Shown here in pieces: positions 61,655-64,000 of a stretch of DNA of 64,000 nucleotides. Position 1 is the stretch's first letter. The number at the start of each line of letters is the position of its first letter. Under the pieces are notes generated by a model that saw only the letters and a list, made by a program, of their open reading frames with translations, did not search any database and was not told the origin of the DNA. A program made the translations under genes and the position numbers. The stretch comes from an uncultured Spirochaetota bacterium (GTDB taxonomy: Bacteria > Spirochaetota > Spirochaetia > SZUA-6 > Fen-1364). The stretch is from the NCBI GenBank assembly GCA_963820525.1, contig CAWGAA010000002.1, forward strand, positions 480,001-544,000, written 5' to 3'.

Positions 61655-61681
61655 GTCTAGCATGCTGTTGGAGTTGACCGC
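61655..61681 (+). repeat. attC site 3, left arm only
   Basis: GTCTAGCATGCTGTTGGAGTTGACCGC; 21 bp identical to the attC1 left end; no right arm found. Confidence 0.7.
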
Positions 61682-61953
61682 TTAAGCTACCTGTCTTTAG
61701 GCCGCCCTTGACCAGTCGGGCTCGGAGCTAAAGTTTCAATGAGTTTCGATTTGCATGGAATGCTCTGATTGAGTTGTTTAGAAGACAGATATAGAAGGTG
61801 TATCAATCTGGAGTTCCCCCGATTTCGTGGACACCCTGAATTGCACCTGCGTCTCGGTTTCGGGGGGGTATCCAAACACCACCTGCCTTCCGAAAACGCA
61901 ACCACGGCCCTCTACGCGCAAGGCTTTTTCCTCACTCTGGCTTGGATCGTCAA

Positions 61954-62823
61954 TCATGCCGTCTTCCGCTCCTCGAGCTCCTCATATTCGGTCGGTGTGA
62001 GGTAGCCGAGGTACGAGTGAAGCCGCTTGCGATTATAGAAGATCTCCACGTATTCGAATATTGCTCTCCTGGCCTCCTCTCTGCTTCGGTAGATCTTGTC
62101 CCGAATCAACTCTGCTCTCAAGGTCTTGAAAAACGTCTCCGCGCACGCGTTGTCCCAACAGTCGCCCTTACGGCTCATGCTTTGAATGAATCCGTGCCCT
62201 TTGGCAAACTTTTCAAACTGACCGCTGGTATACTGCACACCGCGATCGGAATGAAACAACAGTCCCCGCGGCGGGCGGCGACGAATCGCGGCCATGACTA
62301 CCGCCGTCAGCACCAGCTCGGCACTCAGCTCGCAGCTCAGCGACCAGCCCGCCACTCGACGTGAGTACAGATCCAGTACGATGCATAAATACATCCACCC
62401 TTCGGCTGTCGCAACGTAGGTTATGTCGGACACCCACACGCGATTCGCCGCGGAGGCTTCGAAGTTCCTGTTCACTATGTTTTCGGCCACTTCCTGGCCG
62501 TCTTTCGAGTGCGTGGTCACTACAAACCGCCTCTTCGGCTGCGGCCCAAGGGCATTCTCTCTCATGATTCGGGCAACTCGGTTCTTCCCCACATGCCGCC
62601 CACGCCTCAGCAGTTCTTCCCGCATGCGCGGGCTTCCGTAGCTGTGACGCACCTCGCCCTGGATCTTCCGGATCTGCTCGATCAGCTCCTTCTCCTCGAG
62701 TGCTCGTGCACTCTCTTTACCGTCGAGCCAGGCATAGTACCCACTGCGCGCTACTCCCAATACTTCCGCCATCTTCTCCACGCCGTGGGTTCCCCGCTGT
62801 TTACTCATGATCTGGTACTTCAT
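61954..62823 (-). CDS. IS3 OrfB DDE transposase/integrase core
   Basis: WVSDITY, HSDRGVQY, GDCWDNACAETFF, YNRKRLHSYLGY. Confidence 0.95.
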   Translation of the reverse strand: MKYQIMSKQRGTHGVEKMAEVLGVARSGYYAWLDGKESARALEEKELIEQIRKIQGEVRHSYGSPRMREELLRRGRHVGKNRVARIMRENALGPQPKRRFVVTTHSKDGQEVAENIVNRNFEASAANRVWVSDITYVATAEGWMYLCIVLDLYSRRVAGWSLSCELSAELVLTAVVMAAIRRRPPRGLLFHSDRGVQYTSGQFEKFAKGHGFIQSMSRKGDCWDNACAETFFKTLRAELIRDKIYRSREEARRAIFEYVEIFYNRKRLHSYLGYLTPTEYEELEERKTA

Positions 62824-63110
62824 CTCGGGGGTCTGGAGAAGATGGCTGTTGCTTTTCTTAGGATGTCCCGTTCCTCACGCAACTCCTTGTTCTCTTTGCG
62901 CAAGGCGGCCAATTCCTCGTCACGGGACCTGCCGTTGCCTGGGAAAGCTCGTGTCCCGTCCTCACTGAATTGCTTCCTCCAGCGGTAGATCTGTCCGCTG
63001 CCGATTCCCAGATCCCGTTCAATCTCATGTCCCGGCTTTGTCCCTGACTCCAGGAGCCGGATGGCATCGAGCTTGAACTCTTTGGTGTATTTCTTCCTCG
63101 TGTCTGCCAT
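62820..63110 (-). CDS. IS3 OrfA HTH protein
   Basis: RKKYTKEFKLDAI, IYRWRK, LREERDILRKA; ATGA overlap with orfB. Confidence 0.93.
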   Translation of the reverse strand: MADTRKKYTKEFKLDAIRLLESGTKPGHEIERDLGIGSGQIYRWRKQFSEDGTRAFPGNGRSRDEELAALRKENKELREERDILRKATAIFSRPPR

Positions 63111-63380
63111 TGCCTTTCCTTACCCCTCTAAAATACTGCTTAACCATGTGTCTATGAAATCGGGGTAGGTCCAATCTCTACCTTGGCAGCTGAAGATCAA
63201 GAGATATTAAAGACAAATAGTGACTTTTATGTCGTGTTCTCTCTGCTATCTTTGGCTACGGTCGCATCCTCAGCATATGCGATGTCTACATGGAACGCAA
63301 CCTTTCAATTCTTCGGCTTGCATTCTAGCCCTTTCTTCCACTAAACTCAACAATTATCAGAAAGCAAGGAGGAAACGTTT

Positions 63381-64000
63381 ATGTCTAAAGGCGTGATTGA
63401 CAGACCTATTCTTGAAACCCCCATCGCGATCATCGACTTCGAGACAACGGGGCTTGCACCTGGGCCAGACCGCGTCGTGGAAGTCTCCGTGGTCCGTGCT
63501 GAACCTGGAAAGGAGCCTGTTCTTGTTCTCGATACGCTAATCAATCCTGATCGCCCTATGGCAGCCACGGAAATCCATGGAATTACAGATCGTGATGTTG
63601 TTGACGCTCCCAGGTTTTTCGAGATAGGCGGCGACTTTATTAGGGCGATCTCTGGCTGTGTTGTTGCTTCCTATAATGTCTATTTCGATATTGGCTTTCT
63701 TACCTATGAGCTTCGTAAAATTAGAGTTGCTTGCGTGCCGCCCCATGTTTGTCTTATGTATTTAAGGCCACTACTTGAAATGGGAAAACGCTGCTCCCTA
63801 TTTACAGCTTGCTGTGAGTCAGGGATCCCGCTTCCTCATGCTCACCAATCCGCCGCTGACGCATTCGCGTCAGCACAACTTTGGAAAATATATCTGAGTG
63901 CCATGGAAGAGCATGGGATGCAGAAGTTCAAGGATCTTTCCCAAAAAAAACAATACAAATTTCTTAATAGTCTTGAAGCGGATCCGCTATCACCGCCAAC
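63381..64000 (+). CDS. DEDDh (DnaQ-like) 3'-5' exonuclease, 3' end beyond window
   Basis: Manual translation with AGGAGG RBS: IIDFETTGL, INP..IHGIT, YNVYFD, AHQSAADA; open to the window edge; not in ORF track. Confidence 0.88.
   Translation, partial: MSKGVIDRPILETPIAIIDFETTGLAPGPDRVVEVSVVRAEPGKEPVLVLDTLINPDRPMAATEIHGITDRDVVDAPRFFEIGGDFIRAISGCVVASYNVYFDIGFLTYELRKIRVACVPPHVCLMYLRPLLEMGKRCSLFTACCESGIPLPHAHQSAADAFASAQLWKIYLSAMEEHGMQKFKDLSQKKQYKFLNSLEADPLSPP

Larger units (their letters stand above)
61809..63173 (-). mobile_element. IS3-family insertion sequence (1365 bp)
   Basis: IRs TGGAGTTCCCCCGATTTCGTGGACAC / GTGTCTATGAAATCGGGGTAGGTCCA; 3-bp TSD ATC (61806-61808, 63174-63176). Confidence 0.93.
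55878..64000. mobile_element. tRNA-Leu-integrated genomic island (left part)
   Basis: tRNA 3' fragment, abrupt shift to AT-richer DNA, defence-type cargo, attC cassettes and IS3; integrase not in window. Confidence 0.75.

Noticed and set aside
59456..61681. CRISPR array interpretation of the recurring repeats
   Set aside because: The units are ~1 kb apart and separated by whole ORFs, and no cas genes are present; the structure fits attC.
63346..63354. AACTCAACA as the displaced right arm of attC3
   Set aside because: Only 9 bp, lacks the GGCGGC prefix and the GTT box, and is too far away even after removing IS3.

Overview
The window looks like a spirochaete-type chromosome segment with three zones. 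(1) 1-~13.8 kb is an accessory/defence region. It holds a Cap4-type nuclease-STAND NTPase gene missed by the ORF track (it runs off the left edge), a type I restriction-modification locus whose hsdM is split by an IS630, an orphan Rhs C-terminal toxin/immunity pair with relics of a second rhs copy, and an IS1634-family element. (2) ~13.8-55.8 kb is GC-rich housekeeping DNA: gltX-glyS-tyrS, two lnt, rpsT, HU, cinA, rho, rpmE, galK, surE, a 2-oxoacid:ferredoxin oxidoreductase operon, a corrinoid protein and a cobalamin/iron-type ABC transporter. Three single-base homopolymer frameshifts here are probably assembly errors. (3) From ~55.9 kb, the 3' half of a tRNA-Leu(TAA) marks the att end of an AT-richer integrated island. 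It carries an OLD-family ATPase-TOPRIM gene paired with a small Cys/His (HNH-like) protein and an integrase-less array of three integron gene cassettes with attC sites (HEPN-motif, unknown and HNH-like cargo). An IS3 element follows, then a DEDDh exonuclease that runs off the right edge. The best candidates for undescribed biology are the attC cassette array and the OLD + small HNH pair. All protein family calls come from motifs read by eye, not from database searches.
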